Made by a program: the position numbers and the translations under genes. The notes under the pieces were generated by a model. It was not told the origin of the DNA. It did no database searches and saw only the letters and a list, made by a program, of their open reading frames with translations. Of a stretch of DNA of 36,333 nucleotides, positions 1 through 10,834 are shown piece by piece. Numbering within the stretch: position 1 is the stretch's first letter; every line of letters begins with the position of its first letter. This stretch comes from Patellaria atrata CBS 101060 (lineage: Eukaryota): NCBI GenBank assembly GCA_010093705.1, contig MU006101.1:310001-346333 (forward strand), given 5' to 3'.

Positions 1-212
1 ATAGAAAAAGACCTTGGTGTTCTCTCCTATGAGTGGGTTATGCTACAGTCTGCATATCCAGAAAGGAGGTGTACCGCAGCATCTACCTGGGGAGTATGCA
101 ATGACGACGGCGCGTAAAAATCCGCAAGGCTGAAAGACGTTCGCATATATATATTCCACATCGGAGTTGACCAGTCAGTTGACTAGTACACCACTAGCAG
201 AAAATTTTCAAC

Positions 213-2462
213 ATGTCGAAGCGCTTATTCACAGAGCCTGGACAATTAGATATTGTTGAAATGTTTACTGGTCGGCCTTCGAAGCGGAGAGCTGGCGAGA
301 ACCGTAGGCTCTGTGGCCGCTGCAACGATGTTGAACTACATGTGTTTCTCGATGCCGTCCTTAATGGGAAATACGTGCCTACAACTCACGGAGGAATAAC
401 TGTCTATAAACTTGGCCACCCGAGTGACTGGTCCACGTCTTGCCTGCTCTGTCGCTTGTTTAGTTACGCCGCTGAATGGAAACAGCACAGAATATTCGAC
501 GAATTTGTTCTACGACTAGTAACTCGTAGGTTATCCAATGGGCCCTTCCGCGACCGACCCACTGCATCTATTCCTGAACTGGACATCCCCTTTTTGGCTG
601 TAACAACAGATCCTAACCAAGACATGTGTGCTTCAGGAGATCTCAGCCACGAGTTCGAATGTTTCGGTCACATATCATGGAATAGCTGTTCTACAAGCGC
701 TCCTCCTACCGGTAGAGGGAGATTTATAGATCCCCTGCTTGCCGACTTCGAATTGGTTAGGAATTGGTTGACCTTTTGCTGCAAAAATCATACAAGAGAC
801 TGCACCGTCGAAAGCGGTGATCCAATAAGAATGTTTCAGCTCATTGATTGCAATTCCAACAAAATTGTAACGGCTATACGAAGAATGAAATACATCGCGC
901 TAAGTTACGTGTGGGGCGTTCACTCCTCAGAGGATGCATTGGAGGACGGCAAACTAGTCTGGAAGCATTTACCACAAACTATCCGGGATGCTATTAAGAT
1001 CACAAAACTACTTGGATATCGATATCTCTGGGTGGACCGTTACTGTATACCAGCAGATCCTAGACTAAAGCACACACAGATACGGAAGATGGACATTATC
1101 TATCAACATGCTCAAGCAACGTTGTTAGGAGCCGCTGGTAAAAACGCTACTTATGGACTTCCAGGAGCCGGAACACGTTGTAGAAAGACACAGCGCGCTG
1201 TGGAGATGGGACAACACAAGTTGTTTTCCACTTTTGCACGTCCAGAAACAGTGATAAAACAGTCTACATGGATGACCCGAGGATGGACGTACCAGGAAGC
1301 GATGCTATCAAAACGACGGATTTTCTTTACGGATGAGCAAGTATATTTCGAATGTGCAGGTATGCAGTGCTCAGAGGTTATCCCGCCGGATCTTGAGCAA
1401 TGGCATACAGAGGATAGGCAAAGGTTTCGTGACGCATTGAGCCGACCTATGTTTGAGCTCTCGACGCTGAATCTGGCTCTACATGACGTATGGGGATACA
1501 TTGCTGCTTATTCACAAAGAAATTTATCTTATGATAATGACTCTCTAAACGGTTTTTTGGGTATCCTTGCATTTCTGGAGACATCGACAACAGCACTACG
1601 GAACTTCTGGGGAATTCCCATTACCACACAGTCCGACTACATTGCCCGTCGAAGGGAATGGCACACCACGCACTGCTTCCTGAGCTCTCTGACCTGGACA
1701 CATAAAATGAAAAAAAAGAGCCAACGACGGCCTGGTTTCCCAAGCTGGTCCTGGACCGGATGGGAAGGTGAGGTGGAGTTTCGACACGGCTATGTAGGAT
1801 GTGAGTGCGACGAGGCGGTTTCCCCAACGATCATTGGCGCGGAAACAGAGGATAAGAAATTGGTAGACTGGGAGAGCCTCCAATTGAAACTCAATGCACA
1901 AACTCAACACGATATGCTTCCCCGAATAATCGTCATAGAAGCATGGACCATTTCGCTGCGCGTCAAATACGTTCCATTTCCAACTCCGACAGTTCTTGAG
2001 GGGCGAAATTCAGTTTATATACCAGTTCTCGATCCAGCAATCTTACCAACCGAGCGTATTCTTGAATTGGGGTACCATGTTTACGCCGAAATTGGACAGT
2101 ACCAGGACGAAAAAATTACGATGGAAGACTGTACAGCGTACGCAAAGTTTCACCTCAACAACAGAGACCATGATCTCCTAGAACGATTGGAGTTTACCAA
2201 GTTCACCGGAGTACTCTTACGTTGCCCGAATAAGAGGCAGGAAACGGTGATTCTCGTACTTGGTCAACGGTGCGATGGCATCTATGAGCGGATAGGTACT
2301 GTCGATATGGGTAAAGGTACTACGAAAATTCACGGGAAACTGGTTCAAGGCCGTCTCAGTTACCCATTCAAGATTGGAAATCGGTATTACTTTCGCCCGT
2401 TGGATACTGTGATCGAGGATTGGAAGTTGGAGAAAACGTGGGAGAGGTTGAGGATTGGGTAA
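213..2462 (+). CDS. HET-domain (heterokaryon incompatibility) protein, TOL-like, 749 aa, intronless
   Basis: HET motifs YIALSYVWG, LPQTIRDAI..T..LGYRYLWVDRYCI, QIRKMDIIYQHA and WMTRGWTYQE..LS.RRIFFTDEQVYFEC; also N-terminal CxxC...CxxCxxF, WLxxCxxxH and a downstream FPSWSWTGW. Confidence 0.92.
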   Translation: MSKRLFTEPGQLDIVEMFTGRPSKRRAGENRRLCGRCNDVELHVFLDAVLNGKYVPTTHGGITVYKLGHPSDWSTSCLLCRLFSYAAEWKQHRIFDEFVLRLVTRRLSNGPFRDRPTASIPELDIPFLAVTTDPNQDMCASGDLSHEFECFGHISWNSCSTSAPPTGRGRFIDPLLADFELVRNWLTFCCKNHTRDCTVESGDPIRMFQLIDCNSNKIVTAIRRMKYIALSYVWGVHSSEDALEDGKLVWKHLPQTIRDAIKITKLLGYRYLWVDRYCIPADPRLKHTQIRKMDIIYQHAQATLLGAAGKNATYGLPGAGTRCRKTQRAVEMGQHKLFSTFARPETVIKQSTWMTRGWTYQEAMLSKRRIFFTDEQVYFECAGMQCSEVIPPDLEQWHTEDRQRFRDALSRPMFELSTLNLALHDVWGYIAAYSQRNLSYDNDSLNGFLGILAFLETSTTALRNFWGIPITTQSDYIARRREWHTTHCFLSSLTWTHKMKKKSQRRPGFPSWSWTGWEGEVEFRHGYVGCECDEAVSPTIIGAETEDKKLVDWESLQLKLNAQTQHDMLPRIIVIEAWTISLRVKYVPFPTPTVLEGRNSVYIPVLDPAILPTERILELGYHVYAEIGQYQDEKITMEDCTAYAKFHLNNRDHDLLERLEFTKFTGVLLRCPNKRQETVILVLGQRCDGIYERIGTVDMGKGTTKIHGKLVQGRLSYPFKIGNRYYFRPLDTVIEDWKLEKTWERLRIG

Positions 2463-3295
2463 TGGCCTCGAATTCCACCCTCCGATGTACTTTTTATCAA
2501 GTGGGGTTGATACACTTCCGATACTTTTTTCCCCTCGAGCTGGATCTCCACTCCCTCTCGACGGGGTTAATTTTGCGCTTTTAGCAATTTACCTTAGCTC
2601 CCCTCTTTCCAAGTTTCGCGATCCTCAGCTACAGTGAGCATGCTATCAATTCCTCGATGGACACTTATATTTAGGTGCCGATGGCTTTTATACAGAGTAC
2701 ACATTTTGCAGCTTGTACAGCTGGATCAAAGACTGTTGCTACTGCAAGCGTACGGTTGCACCGTGGTAGCATAGGGGTAGGCATAACAAGGGACGGGATA
2801 GGTTAAGCAAGCAATTAACGAATGATGTCTGTAAGATTTATGTAATATGGTTTAAGACTTGAGTTTTACTTAATTTGCAAGTGATAATATAAGAACGCAA
2901 ATCAGAACCTTTTCCCGCATTGTACAGTACGACTAGAACTATGAGAACTTAAGGAGGGATTTTTCTAAGCGTGAGAATTATTTCATTGACACTCTTCCAT
3001 ATCTGACTTAATACTTGCGAATGCTAGATCCGAATACGAGGAAGTACTTCCGCAGATTTTCAAGCTGTGGCTTTGTGGCTGACTTAGCTCCTGTTTAGAT
3101 TAAACCTCACACTTTGCTCAGCCTCGTGGTTATTCAGGAAGCAAGAAAGTCTTTAAAAGAATTTGAGCCTCCACCATACGATGTGTAATGTAGACATATT
3201 TTCTTGATTACATTTTGAGGTATCCAAAGTTTCTAGGAAATACACTTCTATCCTGTCTTACAAAATACCACAATTCTTGGACCAAAATTTAAGTC

Positions 3296-4645
3296 ATGCC
3301 AGATCAACCAACCCACCCCTTTATCAATGTCACCACGCATTCCAAAATTCTCGGCACGTTTCTCGGTTCCGCGCTGGGAGATACCATAGGGTTATACACG
3401 GAGTTCCTCCCTCGTACGGAGTGTCTACGCTCGTACCCACCCGGGATGTTCTCTCTTACAGAACCAAACATCACCCCTTTTCGCGCAGACACCCATCGTG
3501 ACAAATTCGACGAGGGAAGCTGGACAGACGACACAGACCAGTCAATCCTCCTACTCCTTTCCTTCCTCCATCAAAGTATCAAGAAAAACGCGCATAACCC
3601 GAGCCAACCCAGTCCGGATCCCAGGGATATTGCGCACCGCCTCCGCATCTGGATAACCCAAGGCCTGCGAGCTCTTGAAAGACCACCGCTCGGCATAGGC
3701 CGCACGACCAGCCTCACGGTCTGTCATCCGAGCTACCTCGACGATCCCGCGGCCAGGGCCCTCCAAGTCTGGGTGAACGGGAATCGCGATGTCGCCGCGA
3801 ACGGTTCGGTCATGCGCACGCATCCCCTCGGCGTCATCTGTCTGAATAGCTCCCTGGAAGAGACGTTCCGAGCGGCGACTGAGGTGGGGAGAATTACTCA
3901 CGTGGATCCCCGGTGCGTGGTTGCTTGTTGCCTCGTTACTGGTTTGATAAGGGGGATGCTCCGCGGCGAGGTGACCGAAGAGGAGCATCTTGACGAAATG
4001 ATCCAGACGGCGTATGAGTGGGTGGCTTCTAAACCCGAGCTCTGCGATCCCGATGGAGGGATGGAAGCTAGTACAAGCACGGAGCCACGGTTGAAGTTGG
4101 ACGAATACCGGGCCCACTGTCACGCGAAATCCTTCGCTGACTTGAAGCTTGATGAGGCGCAGAAGATCGGATATGTGTACAAAGCGCTCGGTGCAGGTGT
4201 GTTGTGCCTTCGATTGGCGATGAGGCGGAAGCCATTGGTTTCTACGAGTACACATGGAGAGGTATTTGAGACTCTGGTTACGGAACTTATTATGGAAGGT
4301 GGTGATGCGGATACCAATGCGTGTGTTGCTGGGGCGTTGTTGGGTGCGTGGCTCGGGTACGAGGAACTACCGCAGGCCTGGGTCAAAGGGATGAAAGACG
4401 TCAAGTGGTTGGTCCGGAAAACTGAACGTGCAAGTGTAAGGTTAGGTGTTCTATGTGATCCGACTGCGCAAGATGAGGCGGAAGATGAAAAGCCAGACGG
4501 GGGTAAGCCTGAAATGAGCAAATCTGAAACCGACGAGATGGAGAAGGCGGTGCTGACGAAGATTTTGGAGAAGCAGCAGAAGCGCCGGGAGGATGAAGAG
4601 AGAGCTAAGAGTAGGAAAGGTGCATTGTTCCGGCTTTTTAAATAA
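3296..4645 (+). CDS. ADP-ribosylglycohydrolase (ARH/DraG family), 449 aa, intronless
   Basis: Family motifs GSALGDTIG, WTDDTDQ, AANGSVMR, THVDP and GGDADTNACVAGALLGAWLG; the metal-binding acidic residues appear intact. Confidence 0.92.
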   Translation: MPDQPTHPFINVTTHSKILGTFLGSALGDTIGLYTEFLPRTECLRSYPPGMFSLTEPNITPFRADTHRDKFDEGSWTDDTDQSILLLLSFLHQSIKKNAHNPSQPSPDPRDIAHRLRIWITQGLRALERPPLGIGRTTSLTVCHPSYLDDPAARALQVWVNGNRDVAANGSVMRTHPLGVICLNSSLEETFRAATEVGRITHVDPRCVVACCLVTGLIRGMLRGEVTEEEHLDEMIQTAYEWVASKPELCDPDGGMEASTSTEPRLKLDEYRAHCHAKSFADLKLDEAQKIGYVYKALGAGVLCLRLAMRRKPLVSTSTHGEVFETLVTELIMEGGDADTNACVAGALLGAWLGYEELPQAWVKGMKDVKWLVRKTERASVRLGVLCDPTAQDEAEDEKPDGGKPEMSKSETDEMEKAVLTKILEKQQKRREDEERAKSRKGALFRLFK

Positions 4646-5282
4646 TTGGATCTGGATGAAAAGTGAATAGGGAGTCCGTTAGATTTGTCGATTTAAGCTT
4701 AACCTTAAGGGCTTGAATGACTATTAATAAGCTTACAACAGTCTATTTTGACCACAGTATTCCCAAGGAGACATGAGACTATTCAATCTTTCATGAGTAC
4801 ATTAAGAAATCTATTTCGCAAAATTGAATCATTCTGCCACGATAGGTTGGTTGATTTAGAGGTTATAAGAATGAGATAGCAAAGATAGTCTCAGCTCTAC
4901 GTATCCTAGGAGTCCTACTTCTAGGAATAAATGCTAATAAGAGATAAAGGAAAGTCCCTTCGAGCATGGCATAGATATATAGAACAGAGCCACCTCATGA
5001 ACCTCTGGAACTCCCGTTGAGCATATCCAGACATCAAATATGCGAGCAAAATTCAGTCCGTGTTAGCTTAGGGCTATAACCCTTTTGAAGTAAGTACATC
5101 CGATGGTGAAAGCACCCCACAACACCCTTTACCTTGGTCATTCTTAAATTCTCATCTGGAACGGTTTCCACTATCCGCCCTCAGCGAGTCTAATTGAAAA
5201 ATCCTCAAAAAATTCAAAGAACTTACTCCCAGGTTTGGACGTAGTGAATAACAGTAGCTCCGCATTCCCATAGGAGGGCATC

Positions 5283-7331
5283 ATGACGACCAAGCCTTAC
5301 CCGTACAGGAGACTACCCACAGCAACATCAATCCGTCTATTGAGCCTATATACCTATAAAGAGAATAGCCCGAATGGAATCTGCTCCTTGGATATCGTTG
5401 ACATGAACGAGAACCCCCAGTTCGACGCTCTCTCCTATACGTGGGGAGATCCAGTTCCAGAAAAACTGAGATTCGACATCGCCGCTCAGCGTGATTACAA
5501 TGCCAACCAATTCCTAGGCAACACCCCTGTGACGGGCTTCCTCTGCGACGGCGTATTACTTAAGCTAGAGCCCAATCTTCACGATGCGCTTATTGCTCTC
5601 TTGATGCAAAACTCGGCGAGAAATATCCCGCGTCAGCGATATTGGATAGATGCACTTTGTATAAATCAAGCTGACATGGAGGAAAAGTCTCACCAAATCG
5701 CTCTCATGGGCAGGATTTACTCTGTTGCGGAATCTGTGATCGTTTGGCTCGGTTTACAAGACGAGAGCGGCGTCGATGCTCTCAAGTTGATCGTGCAACT
5801 CTCCGAATTTCCTTCTGATTCGTGGGAAAGCATACGCAAGACTTCTGTAAACGTGAAGGAGCCGTCTGGTCATCCGCAAAAGGGTTTGATACCAACTGTC
5901 CGCAAAGAGTGGGTCGCATTTGGACGTCTGATGCTCCGGCGCTGGTTTTTCAGGGTGTGGATTCTACAAGAAGTCATTCTTGCAAAGACAGTCATATTAT
6001 TGTACGGTCATCAGTACATCCAGTGGGAACATGTGGAGCGAGCATGTATGTTCCTGGAACAGACTAACTGGGATGTTTACTTGTGGAGGTGTCTGGAAGA
6101 GGAACATCCCGAAGCAGCATCTTCTGCGGAGTTACTGTTACGACGGTTTACGGTACCTGTAAGGACATACCTCTTAAGGGTAGATCTTGATCTTCGAGAT
6201 ACGCTAAACGTGCTTTACATCAGCCGCTATCAGAATGCTACTGATCAAAGAGATTATGTATACGGCTTGCTTGGTCTTATCAAATTTCCGGGAATCTCTG
6301 ATAACTCAACATTAATCAGAGCAGACTATACAATAACTACGGCTGAAGCTTTTACTAACTTGGCTTGGGCGATCCTCTGCGCTAGTTCTAATCCCGATCA
6401 GAGTCCTCTCGCGCTCCTTTCACTGGTGCAGGATGTATCAATAACAAGAACCGAAGGTCTACCATCCTGGGTACCGGACTGGAGTGTACCAGCGAAGCAT
6501 AACCTTCTAGAATCATTGCGGCCACCAGACTCCTCAAAGCCATTTCGAGTTTGTGGTAATCTCGTTCAAACCCAGGACAACGAGATGTCGTGGACAAGAA
6601 CGCTTCCTGGGCTTTCTAGAATGTCGTTGCAGTCAATGAATTCACTTCATCAGGGAAACCTTTTAACAGTAAATGGCATGTTCGTGGACGAGATAGTCGA
6701 AACTACAGTATCTTATTATACTTTGACGAAGTACTTTAAGCTCGCAAGCGTGCTCGAACTAGTCTCAAAGGTAAGCGTTTCGTCTTATCGTACCGGTGAA
6801 CATATCACACAGGTAATTTGGAAGTGCCTCATAGCGGACTCTGTGGACCGGAAGCCTGCCGAAGCGCACCTAACGGCGATTTTTGCTTGCTGGGTGGTCA
6901 ACAAACTTCAAGGCATTGAAGAAAACTTGGATCAGGGTCTCTTGGGTAGGACAGAGGAACTGATATCGAACTTCGCAACTAATGAAAAATTGGGAGGCTT
7001 TTTGCCTCTGGAAGAGATAAGATCTTTCCCCGCACAGATGGGCCAAGATGTATGGGATAAAACAGCCCAATCGTTCGAAGATGCGCTTGCTTTCAGTTAC
7101 ATTGGAAGGCGAATGTTCAGAACCAAGTTAGGCTTGCTCGGAAGCGGGCCTGAGTCGGTTCGGCCCGGAGACTCGGTTTACATACTATCAGGAGCTAATG
7201 TGCCATTCATACTCCGAGGATCACAGGATACCCGCTATCGTCTCATTGGAGAAACTTATGTCCATGGTATCATGTATGGAGAGTACTTCAATGCAAACGT
7301 TGAGCAACTTCAAGAAATAGAATTAGAGTAA
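5283..7331 (+). CDS. HET-6-like heterokaryon incompatibility protein, 682 aa, intronless
   Basis: Motifs IRLL, FDALSYTWG, WIDALCINQAD..EKSHQIALMGRIYS.A..VIVWLG, WFFRVWILQE, ATDQRDYVYGLLG, LPSWVPDWS and the C-terminal GRRMFRT..G.LG.GP...RPGD...VPFILR...YRLIGETYVHGIM.GE. Confidence 0.93.
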   Translation: MTTKPYPYRRLPTATSIRLLSLYTYKENSPNGICSLDIVDMNENPQFDALSYTWGDPVPEKLRFDIAAQRDYNANQFLGNTPVTGFLCDGVLLKLEPNLHDALIALLMQNSARNIPRQRYWIDALCINQADMEEKSHQIALMGRIYSVAESVIVWLGLQDESGVDALKLIVQLSEFPSDSWESIRKTSVNVKEPSGHPQKGLIPTVRKEWVAFGRLMLRRWFFRVWILQEVILAKTVILLYGHQYIQWEHVERACMFLEQTNWDVYLWRCLEEEHPEAASSAELLLRRFTVPVRTYLLRVDLDLRDTLNVLYISRYQNATDQRDYVYGLLGLIKFPGISDNSTLIRADYTITTAEAFTNLAWAILCASSNPDQSPLALLSLVQDVSITRTEGLPSWVPDWSVPAKHNLLESLRPPDSSKPFRVCGNLVQTQDNEMSWTRTLPGLSRMSLQSMNSLHQGNLLTVNGMFVDEIVETTVSYYTLTKYFKLASVLELVSKVSVSSYRTGEHITQVIWKCLIADSVDRKPAEAHLTAIFACWVVNKLQGIEENLDQGLLGRTEELISNFATNEKLGGFLPLEEIRSFPAQMGQDVWDKTAQSFEDALAFSYIGRRMFRTKLGLLGSGPESVRPGDSVYILSGANVPFILRGSQDTRYRLIGETYVHGIMYGEYFNANVEQLQEIELE

Positions 7332-7863
7332 TGACCATTCGTATGGCATCGGGTTTACCTCGAGACTGTTGGTTGGGGTATTAGGCGAGAAAGTGTATAG
7401 GTACGATGGTTATGCTATATCAGAGGGTTTTGCCAGTCACGCTCGCTCTGATTGATACTACAGCGAGAAGATAGAACCTAAGATCACTGTGTCTAGTTGT
7501 CAGCACAGCCATGACGAGACAGGGGGGTATCACAACAGGGAAAGCAAACAAATATACTTAACATCAACAAGTCGCACAATATGCGCCCCGCCATATGCTG
7601 GATGTCATTGTGGTATTCTATCCATTGAGAAGGGGTTCATGGGTCACTCACGAGAAGACTTGCTCCCTCCTAGCTTGCTCCCGAAACTAGAACTTGGACG
7701 TCACAAGGAACGTTTTAGCTTCAGTTAAGATCACCGGTAGACCTAAGTAAGAACCATATTCCTCTTCATACAGTCAAACTACAGCGAAGCTCCCTGGTTC
7801 CCTCAAGCTCTCTGTCCGCTCAGTATTTAGTCTTCTGCTTCCCATTTCGCTATTATACCACGC

Positions 7864-8782
7864 TTGACACCGCAAAAACGCCAGTTCTATGATCACTCAT
7901 GCCCCAAAGGCAGCGAATGGTACGTCTGCGACTTCTCTGGGGCCTCAAGGTTCCTCGGGTGCTGTATATCAAATCTCTGCTCTAACGGCTGTTCTGCTGA
8001 AGACCTGCGTCCTGCTAGCTTCGACCCTTTTCATTATGCTGATATCCAGGATCAAGACTGTGAGGATGGCGAGTGGTGGAAGTGTGCAAACACGGGTCCG
8101 CCGTTCATCGGTTGCCGTGCGAGCAACCCATGCGAGCAGGGAGAGTGTCCGGCCGAAGATTTAATCGCGATGAGGTTGTTGGGAGGATTTCACTGGTCTT
8201 CTACGAGACTGGCGACAGTGATGGCCTCAACGGTGTCTCAATCAAGGAGAAATATATTTGTTCTATATTAATCACAGCGTCGGTGCGTTCATCAACAATA
8301 ATTACGCTCGGAAGTCAAACAATGTCGGTACCTCCATCGACGCTCATTGTCACCGTATTTCAAACGCATCAAGGGACACAAATATCGACTCCGAGTCTGC
8401 GGAATGAGCATAATGGTTCAGGGTCGATACCAATTTCTGCGATAATTGGTGCCACATTAGGCGGTATCATCGCCATGTATCTCGTAGGAGCATATATTTT
8501 CTATTTCCGCCGCCGCAGACGGGGCAGACTCACAACCCTCAGACAGAAAAAAAGCAAACATCTCCGTAAGCGCAGTCATCGCTCGAGTTGGATTCTACCC
8601 CCGTGGCGGCGCAGATAGAGATGGCTGAAGTCTTAGCAGACTCTCTAAAGGAAATGCCAGCTAATGTACCAGTCGGACTGGACGCAACGGAGAAGAGAAG
8701 AGTAGAAGAGGGCACTTTTGCTCCGAAATTGTCCCCGCTTTCTTCCGCAGATGCATTTGAAGGGAATTCGAGAGGAAAATAA
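7864..8782 (+). pseudogene. Frameshifted gene for a single-pass membrane protein with two Cys-rich extracellular repeats
   Basis: Three consecutive frames give: Cys-rich repeats (CP..SEWYVC...RFLGCC..N.C..GC and C...WWKC....PFIGCR..NPC...CP); an S/T-rich stalk plus TM (AIIGATLGGIIAMYLVGAYIFYF-RRRRR); and a tail ending at 8782. There is no ATG between the in-frame stop at 7828 and the Cys domain, and I found no in-phase intron joining the frames. Confidence 0.55.
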
Positions 8783-10734
8783 TGGAATTCTAAAGTATCA
8801 ACTCTTTAGTGTCCACATATCGGTTGCTATTCGTGTGGCGTTCTACTCTAAGAATTACGCAGATCAGGCGAGCAAGCGAAAGGATGAACTTGAGTTCGAA
8901 TGGAGGAGTAAAAAGAAATGAAGGAATAACCTCACAGCGATTCAAAGGCCTCAAGCGAGGGTAACGCAGATTCACAATCTAGAAGCTCCTGGATGAGCTA
9001 CAATAGTTTTAGAGGACTCACGATGCTGGTCAGAGGCAACCCGCATATCCAAGGTAAAAAAAGGAAACTCTGAAAAAGTATATTACAAAAGAAGGTCTCC
9101 CTCGGACCTTGGGCGATGATTCGGTAATCGAGTCCTTGACGCAGGATGTTGATATCATTCATAAGTGAGCTACTGGTGCACCACTAGGCCACAGTCCTTG
9201 AAATTTGAAATTTGGGGACGAACACTTGATTAACAGGTTATAAGAAAGAAGTTTTTTCTAGAATTCGTGAGACAATATGACTTTGAACAATGAAAGTGGA
9301 GACAGTAGCGAGACAACCACCAACTCGCTACCTGACGGTGAACTGAACGTATCCGGGATTTTTGTTGATTAGTGGACTTCGAACTTTAACCTCATGGTGG
9401 GAAATGGCTTGCAACTTCATGTTATGATAGAAATAATATCTTTTATATGAAGGATTTGGAAAGCCTTCACCAAACATCCTGCAATAATGAGCACACGGCT
9501 CTTACTTAATCCTGACAACAGACGTAACAAGTGAGAATAGCGCAATCAAGTGCTACAGTATCTTACCCACATTATCCGCTGTAGTGTTTCACTGGCTTTA
9601 GCTATTGGGCGAGGGGAAAGTGAATGCAGGGACCTTGCGGGAGGGTCATTCCCAATGACTGAGCAATGCTCCTGTAATCAATCAAATAGTTCTCCTCAAA
9701 TAACGATCCTACATTTCTTATCCACCCAATTGGACACCATATTTAGTCTTTCGTATGTCAAAGCCGCTTGAAACCGCAAGGAAATCGAGCACATCGTTCG
9801 TGATCTTTCATTTGGGTCGTAAAGCAGTTGAATCGTTGTTCTGGTTACAGGACTCAGTTTTGAACACCCGGCGCGCAGAGAGGGAGAAGAGGCCTCGGTC
9901 AGGAAGTATACCGAAAATACATTTCCTATGTCAAAATCAGCCAACTTGAAGGAATTGAATGTTCAACGTATACGTATTGACGTATATTGTGAAGTTATGG
10001 TGCCTAAACGGTCATCATGAGCGTAAGATGCTCGATAGGAGCCTGATTCAACGAGAAGAGGTTGTCGTCGATCACCATCGCATTCCGTAGCTCGATTATG
10101 TAAGCTACGCTCTCATCCAACCAATGTCCCAATCCCACACTTTGATCCCTTGATCCACATCCACAGCACACTCACTCAGTATATTCCATAACGGATTCAC
10201 TCGAAACGAAAATTTCCATCAAAGAGATGCCATGAGTCTATAATTTTACCCTTCATGGCCTCTCTATGACACCATAACAAGCGAGAGTCATTGATTGAGG
10301 AGCCCTTTCGTATTTCTCCAACTGAAGCCCATCCAGCTTCAGAAAGCATCCCGTCTGATTAATATGGGTCTTATGAGCTTCCACTAAAAACTTTCGGTTC
10401 GTTAGCTAGGTAGTTCTATACAGCCACTCACCATATTGTTTTACACTAAGAAAAAAAATAGCTCCCAGAATCCATTGGACTTATACCTCCCTCCTGTCTC
10501 TTTTCATGATTGCCTTGCTCTCCAACATTTGAATATAGAACTAGCTATTAGTTACTGTCAATTTGTGGCTCGCAACCCTTTTTTCTCGGTTTTGTTTGTT
10601 GATTGACTTCATACCTTTGCTATCTTGTAGCTTGTCCGCCAATGTGTTCTATCAACTATGTAAATAGGAATTTCTCTTTATCAACTTACCCTTAAGTTAC
10701 CGCTGCAGTATATTGAGTAAGACCCCCGAGATCT

Positions 10735-10769
10735 ATAAGACCCCGGCCGAAGCCACCACCTTACCCCGG
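10735..10769 (+). promoter_or_regulatory. TATA-like box and two CreA-type sites upstream of the mannanase
   Basis: TATAAGA at 10735; CCCCGG (reverse complement fits SYGGRG) at 10741-10746 and 10764-10769. These are short motifs that could occur by chance. Confidence 0.3.
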
Positions 10770-10834
10770 GTTTTCAAGGCCCCTTGTCCTGTGGGTGACC
10801 TGGTTCTCCGCATTTACCGAATTCGGCATTCGGA

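Noticed and set aside
3551..4255. Long antisense ORFs over coding genes (also 22965-23753 and 30031-30654)
   Set aside because: They are shadows of real genes on the other strand, with no recognisable motifs.
4680..4990. AT/TpA-rich spacer (similar patch near 35390-35480) as a RIP-degraded transposon
   Set aside because: I found no termini, target duplication or coding remnant; composition alone is insufficient.
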